DNA of 64,000 nucleotides from positions 96,001 through 160,000 of the forward strand of contig CAWBHS010000076.1 of assembly GCA_963788655.1 (NCBI GenBank). The letters run 5' to 3'. Origin of the DNA: an uncultured Verrucomicrobiae bacterium. Lineage in GTDB: Bacteria > Verrucomicrobiota > Verrucomicrobiia > Limisphaerales > JAFGQR01. Position 1 is the stretch's first letter; the number at the start of each line of letters is the position of its first letter. Shown in pieces: positions 33,246 to 42,423 of the stretch. A program made the position numbers and the translations under genes. The notes beneath the pieces were generated by a model that worked only from the letters and a program-made list of their open reading frames with translations, had not been told where the DNA came from and did no database searches.

Positions 33246-34379
33246 ATGCCCAAAATTCGCGTACTCATCGCCGACGACGCCGTTGTCATTCGGCGGCTGG
33301 TGTCCGATTGCCTCGCCGAGGATCCGGACCTCGAGGTCGTTGGCACGGCGGCCAATGGCCAGATCGCGCTCGCGAAGATCGAGCAGGTCAATCCTGACCT
33401 TATTACTCTCGACATCGAAATGCCGGTGTTGGACGGGCTTCAGACGCTGGCCGCCATCCGGAAAACGCATCCGCGCCTGCCGGTGATCATGTTCAGCACG
33501 CTCACCGAACGTGGCGCGAGCGCCACGCTGGACGCACTTTCCGGTGGGGCCAGCGACTACGTGACCAAGCCGGCCAATGTGGGCAGCGTGGGTGCCGCCA
33601 TGCAGCGCGTCCGCGAGGAATTGATTCCCAAGATCAAGAGCCTGTGCCGCCCCATGCCGGTTCGGACGGCCAATGACGCCTCCCGTCCGAGCGCTCAGGT
33701 CCAACGGACCATTGAGTTCCGGACCGCGATCCTCGCTCGCGCTGAGATCCTGGCCGTCGGCGTTTCGACCGGCGGTCCGAACGCGCTCTCGGCGCTGCTT
33801 CCGGAATTGTCCCGCAACTTTCCGGTACCCATTGTGATCGTGCAACACATGCCGCCGTTGTTCACCCGGCTCCTGGCCGAACGCCTCGCGGCCGTGTCGG
33901 GTGTGCCCGCGCGCGAGGGCGAGGCGGGCGCCCGGCTGCGTCCCGGAGAAATCTGGGTGGCTCCGGGTGGTTTTCACATGGAGGTCGAAGGCAGCACGGA
34001 TGGCACTCGACTGCGCACCTTCGAGGGGCCGCCCGAGAACTCCTGCCGTCCGGCAGTCGATGTGCTGTTCCGCTCCGTGGCGCGAGTGTTCGGCCCCCGC
34101 GCCCTCGCGGTTGTGCTCACCGGCATGGGACAGGATGGTCTGCGAGGCTGCGAATGCATCCACGAGGCGGGCGGCCAGGTGTTGGTCCAGGACGAAGCCA
34201 GCAGCGTTGTTTGGGGCATGCCCGGGGCGGTGAGCCAAGCCGGTTTGGCCGACAAAGTTTTGCCCCTGGGCGAACTGGGATTTGAGATTAACCGTCGCGT
34301 CTGCACCGGCAAAACCCGGGGGCAAATCCCGTTGTCGGCCACGCTCCCTTTGCCGCCTAAACTGGCCCGAACGTCATGA
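33246..34379 (+). CDS. cheB: CheB methylesterase (REC plus catalytic domain)
   Basis: [25 protein letters not shown]. Confidence 0.96.
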   Translation: MPKIRVLIADDAVVIRRLVSDCLAEDPDLEVVGTAANGQIALAKIEQVNPDLITLDIEMPVLDGLQTLAAIRKTHPRLPVIMFSTLTERGASATLDALSGGASDYVTKPANVGSVGAAMQRVREELIPKIKSLCRPMPVRTANDASRPSAQVQRTIEFRTAILARAEILAVGVSTGGPNALSALLPELSRNFPVPIVIVQHMPPLFTRLLAERLAAVSGVPAREGEAGARLRPGEIWVAPGGFHMEVEGSTDGTRLRTFEGPPENSCRPAVDVLFRSVARVFGPRALAVVLTGMGQDGLRGCECIHEAGGQVLVQDEASSVVWGMPGAVSQAGLADKVLPLGELGFEINRRVCTGKTRGQIPLSATLPLPPKLARTS

Positions 34380-35194
34380 GCCCCGCCGACTTCGACTACA
34401 TCCGCGGTTTCGTCCGCGACCAGGCGGCCATCGTCCTGGAACCGGGCAAGGAGTACCTCGTCGAGTCCCGGTTGCACACCCTGGCGCACAAAGAGGATTT
34501 TGGTTCGGTGGACGCCCTCATCAGCAAGCTCCGCTCCGAGCCGATGAACGGCCTCCATCGGAAGGTGGTGGACGCCATGACGACCAACGAGACGTCGTTC
34601 TTCCGCGACCTCCATCCCTTCGAGACCCTGCGGAAATCGGTGTTGCCGGAGTTGATGGCCCGGGGCGCGCAACAACGGCAGTTGCACTTTTGGTGTGGCG
34701 CCGCCTCGACCGGTCAGGAGCCTTACAGCATCCTGATGCTGATCGCGGAACACTTCCCCGAACTGCTCGCGTGGGACTTCAAGTTCATCGCCACGGACCT
34801 TTGTGGCGAAGTTCTGGCCCGCGCCCGGTCCGGCCGCTTCAACCAGCTCGAAGTCAACCGCGGCCTGCCCGCCACGCTGTTGGTGAAATACTTCGTCCGC
34901 CAGGGATCCGACTGGGAAATTCGAGAGGATTTTCGGCGGCGAGTGGACTTCCGCGAGATGAACCTGGCCAAAGAGTGGCCCTGGCTGCCGCCGCTGGATC
35001 TGGTGCTTCTTCGCAATGTCCTGATCTATTTCGATCTCGAAAGCAAGAAGGCCATTCTCGCCAAAACGCGACGCTTGCTGCGCCCGGGTGGATTTCTTCT
35101 TCTGGGAGGCACGGAAACCACCTTCAACGTGGATGACGAATTCGAGCGCGTTACGTTCGACAAGACGACGTGCTATCGGTTGAAGCAAACGTGA
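34376..35194 (+). CDS. cheR: CheR methyltransferase
   Basis: [25 protein letters not shown]. Confidence 0.96.
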   Translation: MSPADFDYIRGFVRDQAAIVLEPGKEYLVESRLHTLAHKEDFGSVDALISKLRSEPMNGLHRKVVDAMTTNETSFFRDLHPFETLRKSVLPELMARGAQQRQLHFWCGAASTGQEPYSILMLIAEHFPELLAWDFKFIATDLCGEVLARARSGRFNQLEVNRGLPATLLVKYFVRQGSDWEIREDFRRRVDFREMNLAKEWPWLPPLDLVLLRNVLIYFDLESKKAILAKTRRLLRPGGFLLLGGTETTFNVDDEFERVTFDKTTCYRLKQT

Positions 35195-35200
35195 AACGCC

Positions 35201-36052
35201 ATGCTTATGATCGACCTCGCCCGCCTTATCGTCCAAGCCAATGAGCTGGCCCCGCTCCCGGCCAGCGCAGTGCGTCTGGCTGAACTGGTCGGCAGCCCGG
35301 AGTGTCATTTGGATGACGTGGCGGAATTGATCGCGTTCGATCAGGCCCTCACCGTCAAACTGTTGCTGGCGGCCAATTCGGCGGCCAGCGCCAGTGCGGT
35401 GCCGGTGGGCGATGTGCGGGAAGCCGTGTCCCGGATGGGCACCGCGCAAGTGCTGGCCCTCATCGTCGCGGCCAGCGCCCGGCCCTTCCTGCAAACCCGT
35501 GTGCCCACCTACGGTCTCGGCGAAGGCGCCTTGTGGCGGCATTCCGTGGCGGCGGCCGCGGCGGCGGAAACCGCGCCGAGTTTCTGTCAGGTGGAAGTGC
35601 CACCGGAAACCTTCACCGCCGCCCTCCTCCATGATGTGGGCAAGCTGGTCATGGGCCGCTTCCTTAGTCCCGAAATCCTCGGCTTCATCCAGCGGGCCCA
35701 CGAAGTCGATCATCTGGGCCAGTTGGAAGCCGAGTCGCTGCTGCTCGACGTGCATCACGGCGAGCTCGGCGGCCTCATCGCCCAGCATTGGAAATTGCCG
35801 CCCCGGGTCGTGCTGGGCATCACTTACCACCACAACCCGGAGCAGGGGCTGGATGTCATTTGTGACCTCACGTATCTGGCCAACCAGGTCGCCAAACGCA
35901 TCGAAGCCGGCCTCGACGGCCGGAAGTTCGACCTCGCTTTCTCTCCCGCAGTCGCCGAACGCCTGGGCCTGACGCCAAAAATGCTTAACAACCTTTGCCC
36001 GATCGCGGCGTCGCGCTTCCTCCAGGTGAGTCGCCGTTACAACGCGGTTTGA
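35201..36052 (+). CDS. HDOD domain protein
   Basis: LAPLP, DQALTVKLL..ANS, LWRHS, ALLHDVGK, WKLP, HHNP. Confidence 0.9.
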   Translation: MLMIDLARLIVQANELAPLPASAVRLAELVGSPECHLDDVAELIAFDQALTVKLLLAANSAASASAVPVGDVREAVSRMGTAQVLALIVAASARPFLQTRVPTYGLGEGALWRHSVAAAAAAETAPSFCQVEVPPETFTAALLHDVGKLVMGRFLSPEILGFIQRAHEVDHLGQLEAESLLLDVHHGELGGLIAQHWKLPPRVVLGITYHHNPEQGLDVICDLTYLANQVAKRIEAGLDGRKFDLAFSPAVAERLGLTPKMLNNLCPIAASRFLQVSRRYNAV

Positions 36053-36057
36053 AAGGT

Positions 36058-36549
36058 ATGAACGCCATCACTCCGAACCTCATCGACGACGTGTGCGACC
36101 TGCTGAGCCGCGGTGTCCGCGAAGTCTTCAACACCATGCTTGCTTTGGAGGCCGAGCCGGAGCCGCCACACGACTGGAGCGCTTCGGGCGAACCGCTCGT
36201 AGCCGGCTCCGTCGGATTTATCGGCGACGTCAAGGGCGTCGTCTATATCCAGGCGGCCGCCCCCTTCGCCCGCATCCTGGCCAACCGCATGTTGGGCTTG
36301 GCCGAGGCCGAGCTGGAGGGCGACGAGATGGTCAACGACGTTGTCGGTGAACTGAGCAATATGATCGTAGGTTCCGTGAAGTCCCGTTTGTGCGATCTCG
36401 GCGCCCCCTGCGTGCTGACCATTCCGTCCATCGTGCGCGGCCACAACTTCGAAATCGAGCCGGCCTGTTCGTCGGAGCGCCGCTCGCTGAGTTTCCGTTG
36501 CGGCACCGACCACATCGTGGTCGAACTCCTCATGAAACATTCCGCGTAG
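36058..36549 (+). CDS. cheX: CheX-family phosphatase
   Basis: SVGFIGDVKG, DVVGELSNMIVG (E-x-x-N), LTIPSIVRG. Confidence 0.9.
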   Translation: MNAITPNLIDDVCDLLSRGVREVFNTMLALEAEPEPPHDWSASGEPLVAGSVGFIGDVKGVVYIQAAAPFARILANRMLGLAEAELEGDEMVNDVVGELSNMIVGSVKSRLCDLGAPCVLTIPSIVRGHNFEIEPACSSERRSLSFRCGTDHIVVELLMKHSA

Positions 36550-36575
36550 CCTCGCATCAACCTCCCCGCAAACCT

Positions 36576-36962
36576 ATGAGCAAAAAGATACTGACGGTCG
36601 ATGACAGCAAGACCATTCGCATGATTATCAAAAGGGCGTTCCGCGCTCATGATTGCGCGTTTTGCGAAGCCGCCAATGGGGAGGAAGGCCTCGCCGCCGC
36701 CGCCCGCGAAAAACCCGACCTCATCATCCTGGACATCACCATGCCGGTGATGGACGGCATCACCATGCTCGGCAAACTCCGGCAGGACGCTGATCTCAAG
36801 ACCACCCCCGTCATCATGCTTACGGCCGAGTCCGGACAGGCCAACGTTGTCAGTGTCGCCCAACTCGGCATCAGCGATTATCTCGCCAAACCGTTTAAAG
36901 AAGAGCAATTGCTGGAAAAGGCCGGTAAAGCCATCCCGCTTACGATTAAAGCCGCGGCCTAG
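36576..36962 (+). CDS. Single-domain response regulator
   Basis: TVDDS, LDITMP, MLTAE, KPF. Confidence 0.9.
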   Translation: MSKKILTVDDSKTIRMIIKRAFRAHDCAFCEAANGEEGLAAAAREKPDLIILDITMPVMDGITMLGKLRQDADLKTTPVIMLTAESGQANVVSVAQLGISDYLAKPFKEEQLLEKAGKAIPLTIKAAA

Positions 36963-37039
36963 CCTAAGCTTCACCATCCTGACACGCCTGTCCGGAAAGT
37001 TCCATCCAAAGCCGACGACCTCGGCAAGCGGTACGGCTT

Positions 37040-37402
37040 GGAACCGCCTTCCGAAGGCGTGGTCCAACTCCCCCGGCTCGTCGCCCGATAGGACGCCAGC
37101 ATCGAGGAAGTCGCCCGGATTGCTTGCCATTACCGCGCGGCTCCTCTGCTCCGCCAATCCCCGCGCCGAGTCCGAGCAGGACTACGGCATCACCACCGCC
37201 GCGGAGTCCTTGATGCGCACCGGGATGGCCCCGGTGAGCCTGCTGGCCATGCTTGATCTGCTGACCCGCGCCATGATCAAAGCCTTCGCCATGTTCCACA
37301 CACCGATCGCTGCGGCCCCCGTGGAGAACTTACCGCCCTTCACCGGCGAACATGTCCTCGGCACGGTGGAATTCTCCGGCAAAGCGACCGGATGGATAAG
37401 TG
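37040..37402 (+). pseudogene. Decayed HDOD-like/CheX-like gene
   Basis: VVQLPRLVAR*DASIEEVARI, then frameshifted ITARLLCSANP...VLGTVEFSGKATG; truncated before the flagellin 2 promoter. Confidence 0.55.
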
Positions 37403-37498
37403 TTACCCCAAAACTGCAGGACCGCCCATTGTTCGTGTTTCAAAAATTCATTTCCTATCACTTTCAGCCAAGCCCGAATAAAAAAATGGAAAAAATGC

Positions 37499-37534
37499 TA
37501 AAGCCAGTGAACGCCCTGCCGCGCCTGCCGATGT
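37499..37534 (+). promoter_or_regulatory. Sigma28-type promoter of flagellin 2
   Basis: TAAA at 37499 and TGAA at 37508; GCCGATGT at 37527 lies 15 nt after TGAA. Confidence 0.7.
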
Positions 37535-37552
37535 CCTGAGTGTTGAGAAGAC

Positions 37553-37682
37553 AGGTGGTTGGCCACCTTGAAACGCCAACCGGGGCAACGGTGAGCCCCC
37601 GCCAAACAACCGTTCACCAGGCGTCACGGACGTCGCTTAACAAAAAGAAAAAACCACCTCCAAAAGGTGGCTCACGGAAAGA
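37553..37682 (+). ncRNA. Structured flagellin 5' leader, copy 2
   Basis: Same stems and spacing as copy 1, with compensatory changes. Confidence 0.7.
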
Positions 37683-37688
37683 CGAAGT

Positions 37689-38498
37689 ATGGTTATCAAC
37701 ACAAATATTTCCGCACAGAGCGCGGCGCGTTTGCTGATGGACTCCTCCAGCATGCTGGCTAAATCGCTGTCGCGGCTGTCCTCCGGGTCGAAGATCACCT
37801 CACCTGAAGACGATGCGGCCGGGATGGCCGTCTCCATGCGGTTCGATGCCCAAATCAACCGCATCAATGCCGCGGGCACCAATGTCGGCAACGCGATCTC
37901 GTTCAGTCAGACGCAGGACGGCTTCCTGCAAAAAGTCGGTAAAGCCCTGGATCGGATGAGCGAATTGGCCATCCTGGCCCAAGACGTGACGAAGACCGAT
38001 GACGATCGTGACCTCTACAACACCGAGTTCTCGACGTTGAAAGACTATATCAGCAACACGTCGAACAAGGACTTCAACGGGGTCAGTCTGTTCAGCAGCT
38101 CCGCGCTCTCGGTTACGATTGATTCGGATGGCTCCTCCTTCGCCATGGATAACATCGATTTCAGCACGGGAGATGTGGCGGACGCCATCACCAGCGGCGT
38201 CACGATTTCGACTACCACCGCGGCGGCCGCGGCGCTGGAGAGCGTCAAATCGGCGATCGCCGAATTGGCCAGTGACCGCGCCACCATCGGGGCGAACATC
38301 TCCCGGTTGACCTACACGAACGAACAATTGTCGGTGCTGCGTGACAATCTCACCTCGGCTAACAGCCGTATCAAAGACGTGGACGTGGCCGAAGAAAGCA
38401 CCCAATTCGCGCGCTACAACATCCTGGTACAAGCCGGCACGGCCATGCTCGCCCAGGCCAACACGGTGCCGTCAACGGCCTTGCGACTTTTGTCATAA
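37689..38498 (+). CDS. fliC: Flagellin 2 (269 aa)
   Basis: Same-length paralogue of 25777-26586; flagellin N- and C-terminal motifs. Confidence 0.97.
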   Translation: MVINTNISAQSAARLLMDSSSMLAKSLSRLSSGSKITSPEDDAAGMAVSMRFDAQINRINAAGTNVGNAISFSQTQDGFLQKVGKALDRMSELAILAQDVTKTDDDRDLYNTEFSTLKDYISNTSNKDFNGVSLFSSSALSVTIDSDGSSFAMDNIDFSTGDVADAITSGVTISTTTAAAAALESVKSAIAELASDRATIGANISRLTYTNEQLSVLRDNLTSANSRIKDVDVAEESTQFARYNILVQAGTAMLAQANTVPSTALRLLS

Positions 38499-38527
38499 AC
38501 ACGGTTCGGCACAAAACCTGTTGCACA

Positions 38528-38565
38528 AACCGGACGGTGCGTAAGTACCGTCCGGTTCTGATTTT
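38528..38565 (+). terminator. Hairpin between flagellin 2 and fliD (weak terminator or 3' stabiliser)
   Basis: AACCGGACGGTGC-GTAA-GTACCGTCCGGTT followed by CTGATTTT. Confidence 0.65.
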
Positions 38566-38628
38566 AGGCAAGCGCCGCCCCAGGGCGGCCAAAATGTAGA
38601 ACGGTATGAACGCAAATAGCAGATTATT

Positions 38629-40332
38629 ATGGAGTTAGGACTATCCGGCCTGGCTTCGGGATTCGACTGGAACTCGCTGGTGGACCAGTTGGCCGAAGTG
38701 GAACGGGCGCCCGAAAGGCGCCTGCAGAGCGAGCAATCTGTGCTCGGTCAGCGGAATTCCGCCTACGGCAGCATCGCCACCCAATTGACCACTCTGAAAG
38801 AACGCGCCGATGCGTTGAAAGACGTCAGCTTGTTTGACGGCCGCTCGACGCGGGTGGGCGATTCGACCATCGCCACCGCTACTGCGGAAGGGGCCACGGC
38901 CTTGGGCTCCTACACGTTGAACATCACTCAGTTGGCTTCCTCGAGTCGGCAACTAGGGACGTCGAATGTGGGGCAGCCATTGAGTGCGACCAATGATGTG
39001 TCGAGCCTGGTGCTGAGCGAGGCTGCCTTTGCGACCGCGATCACGGCGGGAACGTTCACCGTCAACGGCGCGCAAGTGGATATTGAAACCGACGACACCC
39101 TCCAGGAGGTGTTCGACAAAATCAGCGACGCCACTGGGGGCGAAGTCACCGCCAGTTACGACAGTTCCACCGACAAAATCACCCTGTCCGGTTCCGGTAC
39201 CATCGTTTTGGGCAGCGCCACGGACACGAGCAATTTCCTCACCGTCGCCAAACTGACGAACAACGGCACTGACACCGTCGCCAGCACCTACTCCTTGGGA
39301 ACCGTCGCCCAATCGGCCACCCTGGCCAATGCCCACCTGGCCACAGCCATTTCCGATGGCGGCAGCGGCGCGGGTGAGTTCATGGTCAATGGGGTGAGCA
39401 TCCGCTTCGACGCGGCGACGGATACGCTGACTGATGTGTTGGGGCGGATCAACAATTCCAGCGCGGGCGTGACCGCGAACTACGACGCCACCGAAGACCG
39501 GTTGGTGTTGACCAACAAAGTGACGGGCGACCTCGGGATTGGGTTGACGGACGTGACCGGGAATTTCCTGGCCGCCACGGGATTGTCCAGTGGTACGCTG
39601 GCACGCGGCAACAACCTGCTGTACACGGTCAATAATGGCAGCGAATTGAGCAGCCGGTCGAACACGATTACGGCGGACAGTTCCGGCATTGCCGGGTTGA
39701 ACATCATGGCGTTGGCAGAGGGGACCAGTACCATTGAAGTCACCAGCGACACCACCACGATCAAGAAGGCTATTACCGATTTCATCAGCCAATACAACAA
39801 GGCGCAGTCGTTGATCGACAATTACACCGCCAGCAGCACGGATGCGGACGGGAAAGTCACTGCGGGTTTGCTCGCAGGACAGAGTGATACGTTTGAATTG
39901 AGCTCGAAGCTCCGGGGCAAAGTCAATGCAGTCATGTCCGGTTTGTCCGGCACGCTGGACCAACTGGCGGACTTGGGGATCGTTTCCAACGGCACGGACG
40001 ACACCTTGACGCTCAGCGACGCAACCGCCCTGGACAATGCGCTGGCCAACAACCTCGGTGGAGTCCGGTCGTTGTTTGCGGACAGCGCCAACGGTTTGGG
40101 CACCACGCTCAGCGCGTATCTCGAGAGTCTGGTGGGCGACGACGGTGAACTGGTGACCCGCCAGTCCACCCTCACCAAGCAAATCTCGGACATTGATACG
40201 CAGATCAGCGACATGGAACGGATAGTCCTGGCGAATCGGAAACAGATGATCAACAGCTTTGTGTCCATGGAAAAAGCCCAGGCCCAGATCAACCAACAAT
40301 TGCAGTACCTCACCAATCAGTTTGGCAATTAG
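38629..40332 (+). CDS. fliD: Flagellar cap protein FliD
   Basis: GLASGFDW..LVDQL N-terminus, ITQLA, FISQYN, C-terminal F..ME helix; follows flagellin. Confidence 0.93.
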   Translation: MELGLSGLASGFDWNSLVDQLAEVERAPERRLQSEQSVLGQRNSAYGSIATQLTTLKERADALKDVSLFDGRSTRVGDSTIATATAEGATALGSYTLNITQLASSSRQLGTSNVGQPLSATNDVSSLVLSEAAFATAITAGTFTVNGAQVDIETDDTLQEVFDKISDATGGEVTASYDSSTDKITLSGSGTIVLGSATDTSNFLTVAKLTNNGTDTVASTYSLGTVAQSATLANAHLATAISDGGSGAGEFMVNGVSIRFDAATDTLTDVLGRINNSSAGVTANYDATEDRLVLTNKVTGDLGIGLTDVTGNFLAATGLSSGTLARGNNLLYTVNNGSELSSRSNTITADSSGIAGLNIMALAEGTSTIEVTSDTTTIKKAITDFISQYNKAQSLIDNYTASSTDADGKVTAGLLAGQSDTFELSSKLRGKVNAVMSGLSGTLDQLADLGIVSNGTDDTLTLSDATALDNALANNLGGVRSLFADSANGLGTTLSAYLESLVGDDGELVTRQSTLTKQISDIDTQISDMERIVLANRKQMINSFVSMEKAQAQINQQLQYLTNQFGN

Positions 40333-40369
40333 AGCCGCACCCGAAATCCGCCACCCGGACAAAACTCAA

Positions 40370-41173
40370 ATGCAAGAACTCCAAAACAGCATCCGTTCGA
40401 GCCAGCTCGCTCCGCCCGATGGATCGCGGCGAAAGCCCGGCAGGGTCCGACGCTTTTGGTTTTCGAGGCGACGGATTTCGAATCTCGGAATTCGGATTTT
40501 TGCGGCACTGAGCGGGTTGCTCACGGCCTCGCTGCTCAGCGGCTGCCTTAGCCCTTCGCAAATCGATCAAGCGCTGGGCCCCTCCTATCATCCCGACAAC
40601 ATCCATTGTATTTATCCGGTGATCCCCGACCAGTTGCGCCGGGTGGCCGTGCTGCCGATCAGCGTCAATCAGGGCGATTGGCAGGCCGCGCGCGAACGAG
40701 AGTATTTGCAGCCGGTGTTGAATGCGGAATTCGGCAAAGCCAAGAAATTCGAGTTGGTGATGGTAAGTCCGCAGCAACTGCGCGCCTGGACCGGACGCGC
40801 AGCCTGGCGCACCGAAGAACCGTTGCCCGACAACCTGTTGGGCCAGATGCAGGCGCAACTGGCCTGCGATGCCGTCTTGTTTACCCATTTGCACGCCTTT
40901 CACGCCTACAAACCCATGGTCATGGGGTGGAAGCTCGAACTCGTGGAATGCCGTAACCAACAGATTTTCTGGGCGGCCGACGAAGTGTTCGATGCCTCGG
41001 ATGAGCGGGTGGTGCGGGCCGCGCAGAAGTATTCCCAGCAGCACGGCGAGAGTTGGTGGCGGCCCTTGGCCGACCCGGCGAGCATCCTGAGTTCCCCGCG
41101 GCGGTTCAGCCAATACAGTTTGAGCGCCTTGTTTGCCACCCTGCCCGAACGATGTCCCAGTGAACCATTGTGA
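40370..41173 (+). CDS. Putative lipoprotein in the flagellar locus (start uncertain)
   Basis: Lipobox LLSGC; RRVAVLP alpha/beta domain. Confidence 0.7.
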   Translation: MQELQNSIRSSQLAPPDGSRRKPGRVRRFWFSRRRISNLGIRIFAALSGLLTASLLSGCLSPSQIDQALGPSYHPDNIHCIYPVIPDQLRRVAVLPISVNQGDWQAAREREYLQPVLNAEFGKAKKFELVMVSPQQLRAWTGRAAWRTEEPLPDNLLGQMQAQLACDAVLFTHLHAFHAYKPMVMGWKLELVECRNQQIFWAADEVFDASDERVVRAAQKYSQQHGESWWRPLADPASILSSPRRFSQYSLSALFATLPERCPSEPL

Positions 41174-41187
41174 AATTGCACCGATGA
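41161..41187 (+). promoter_or_regulatory. Sigma28-type promoter upstream of flgM
   Basis: TGAA-N15-ACCGATGA. Confidence 0.6.
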
Positions 41188-41254
41188 TCATTAATGGAAT
41201 GGTTGCCCCAAATACTAATGTAAATGAACGGACTGCCAGAAAGGCATTCAGAGT

Positions 41255-41527
41255 ATGCAAATCAATAGTGTTTCCCAGTCGGATGTAAACGCCGCCAGCG
41301 CCAAGGTGCGTCCGACGACGCGGACCGCCCCGGAGGCGGAACCGAAGATTGCGGCCTCGGACACCGGAGCCTCGCAAGAATTGTCCCGCGCGATGGACGC
41401 CGTGCCTGACGTTCGCGCGGAGGCCGTGGCGCGGGGCCGGGAGCTGTACCAGCAAGTCGCCTACCCGCCGACGGAGATCGTGAATGGAATTTCCCGGTTG
41501 ATCGCCCGCTTTTGGGAAGGTGCCTGA
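41255..41527 (+). CDS. flgM: Anti-sigma28 factor FlgM-like protein
   Basis: 90 aa, low-complexity N-half, PDVRAEAVARGR..Y C-terminal motif; lies between fliD and fliS. Confidence 0.7.
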   Translation: MQINSVSQSDVNAASAKVRPTTRTAPEAEPKIAASDTGASQELSRAMDAVPDVRAEAVARGRELYQQVAYPPTEIVNGISRLIARFWEGA

Positions 41528-41979
41528 TGTCCGCCCTGCCAACCATGCCGCAAATCAACCCCTGCCACTCCTACCGGGCCGTAGCGACGCAGACGGCAAC
41601 GCCCGGCCAACTGATCCTCATGCTCTACGAGGGTGCGATCCGGTTCCTGGAACAGGCCCGGGCAGGCTTCCATCACGAGGATCCGCTGGAATTCAACCAG
41701 ACCATCAACAATAACATCCAGCGCGCCCAGGCCATCATTCACGAGCTGAACGAGACGCTGAACATGGATGCCGGCGGTCAACTTGCCCGCACCATGCGCA
41801 GCCTCTACGATTACATGGACCGCCGCTTGCACGAGTGTAATCAGCAGAAGACTGAACCCGGCCTGATGGATGTGCTGGACCGGCTCGGCCAGTTGCGGGA
41901 CGCCTGGGCCGAGATGCTCCAAAAGCAGGCCATGGATTCCGAGGCCGAAACCACCTTTCGCCTTTCCGCCGCCGCCTGA
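41527..41979 (+). CDS. fliS: Flagellin chaperone FliS
   Basis: TATPGQLILMLYEGAIRFL, LNMDAGG..LYDY, LRDAW. Confidence 0.95.
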   Translation: MSALPTMPQINPCHSYRAVATQTATPGQLILMLYEGAIRFLEQARAGFHHEDPLEFNQTINNNIQRAQAIIHELNETLNMDAGGQLARTMRSLYDYMDRRLHECNQQKTEPGLMDVLDRLGQLRDAWAEMLQKQAMDSEAETTFRLSAAA

Positions 41980-41999
41980 ACCTGAATCCAAACGCGCCA

Positions 42000-42377
42000 A
42001 TGAACACGGAAGATCGATTACTGCAACTCTACGACCAGTGGCGTGTCTTCACCGAATCGGAGCGCGAGGCCATTCACGCCTCCGACTGGGTTAAAGTAAC
42101 CGCCGCGCAGGCGGAAAAGCAGCGGCTTCAGGAGGAGATTATGCTGGCGGGCGAAGCCGCGGCCGATCCGGCCAGAATGCGGCCGCCTACCCCACGGTTG
42201 CAGGCCGTCGGCGAACATCTGATTTTACTCGAACGCGAAAACGCCGCGGCGCTGGCGGACAAGCGCCGGGCGATGGAACTAGAACAACATGGGCTGGACC
42301 AAACCAGCCGCAACTTGCAGCAAGTTCACCGGGCGTATGCCCAAGGACGGGAACCCGCATGGCAATCATATTCCTGA
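42000..42377 (+). CDS. FliT/FlgN-like helical export chaperone (putative)
   Basis: 125 aa all-helical protein after fliS, ends with AY motif. Confidence 0.55.
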   Translation: MNTEDRLLQLYDQWRVFTESEREAIHASDWVKVTAAQAEKQRLQEEIMLAGEAAADPARMRPPTPRLQAVGEHLILLERENAAALADKRRAMELEQHGLDQTSRNLQQVHRAYAQGREPAWQSYS

Positions 42378-42423
42378 CCAGTCCAACGGGCCTCGCCGCG
42401 CGTGCCACTTGCTGCGCTGGACG

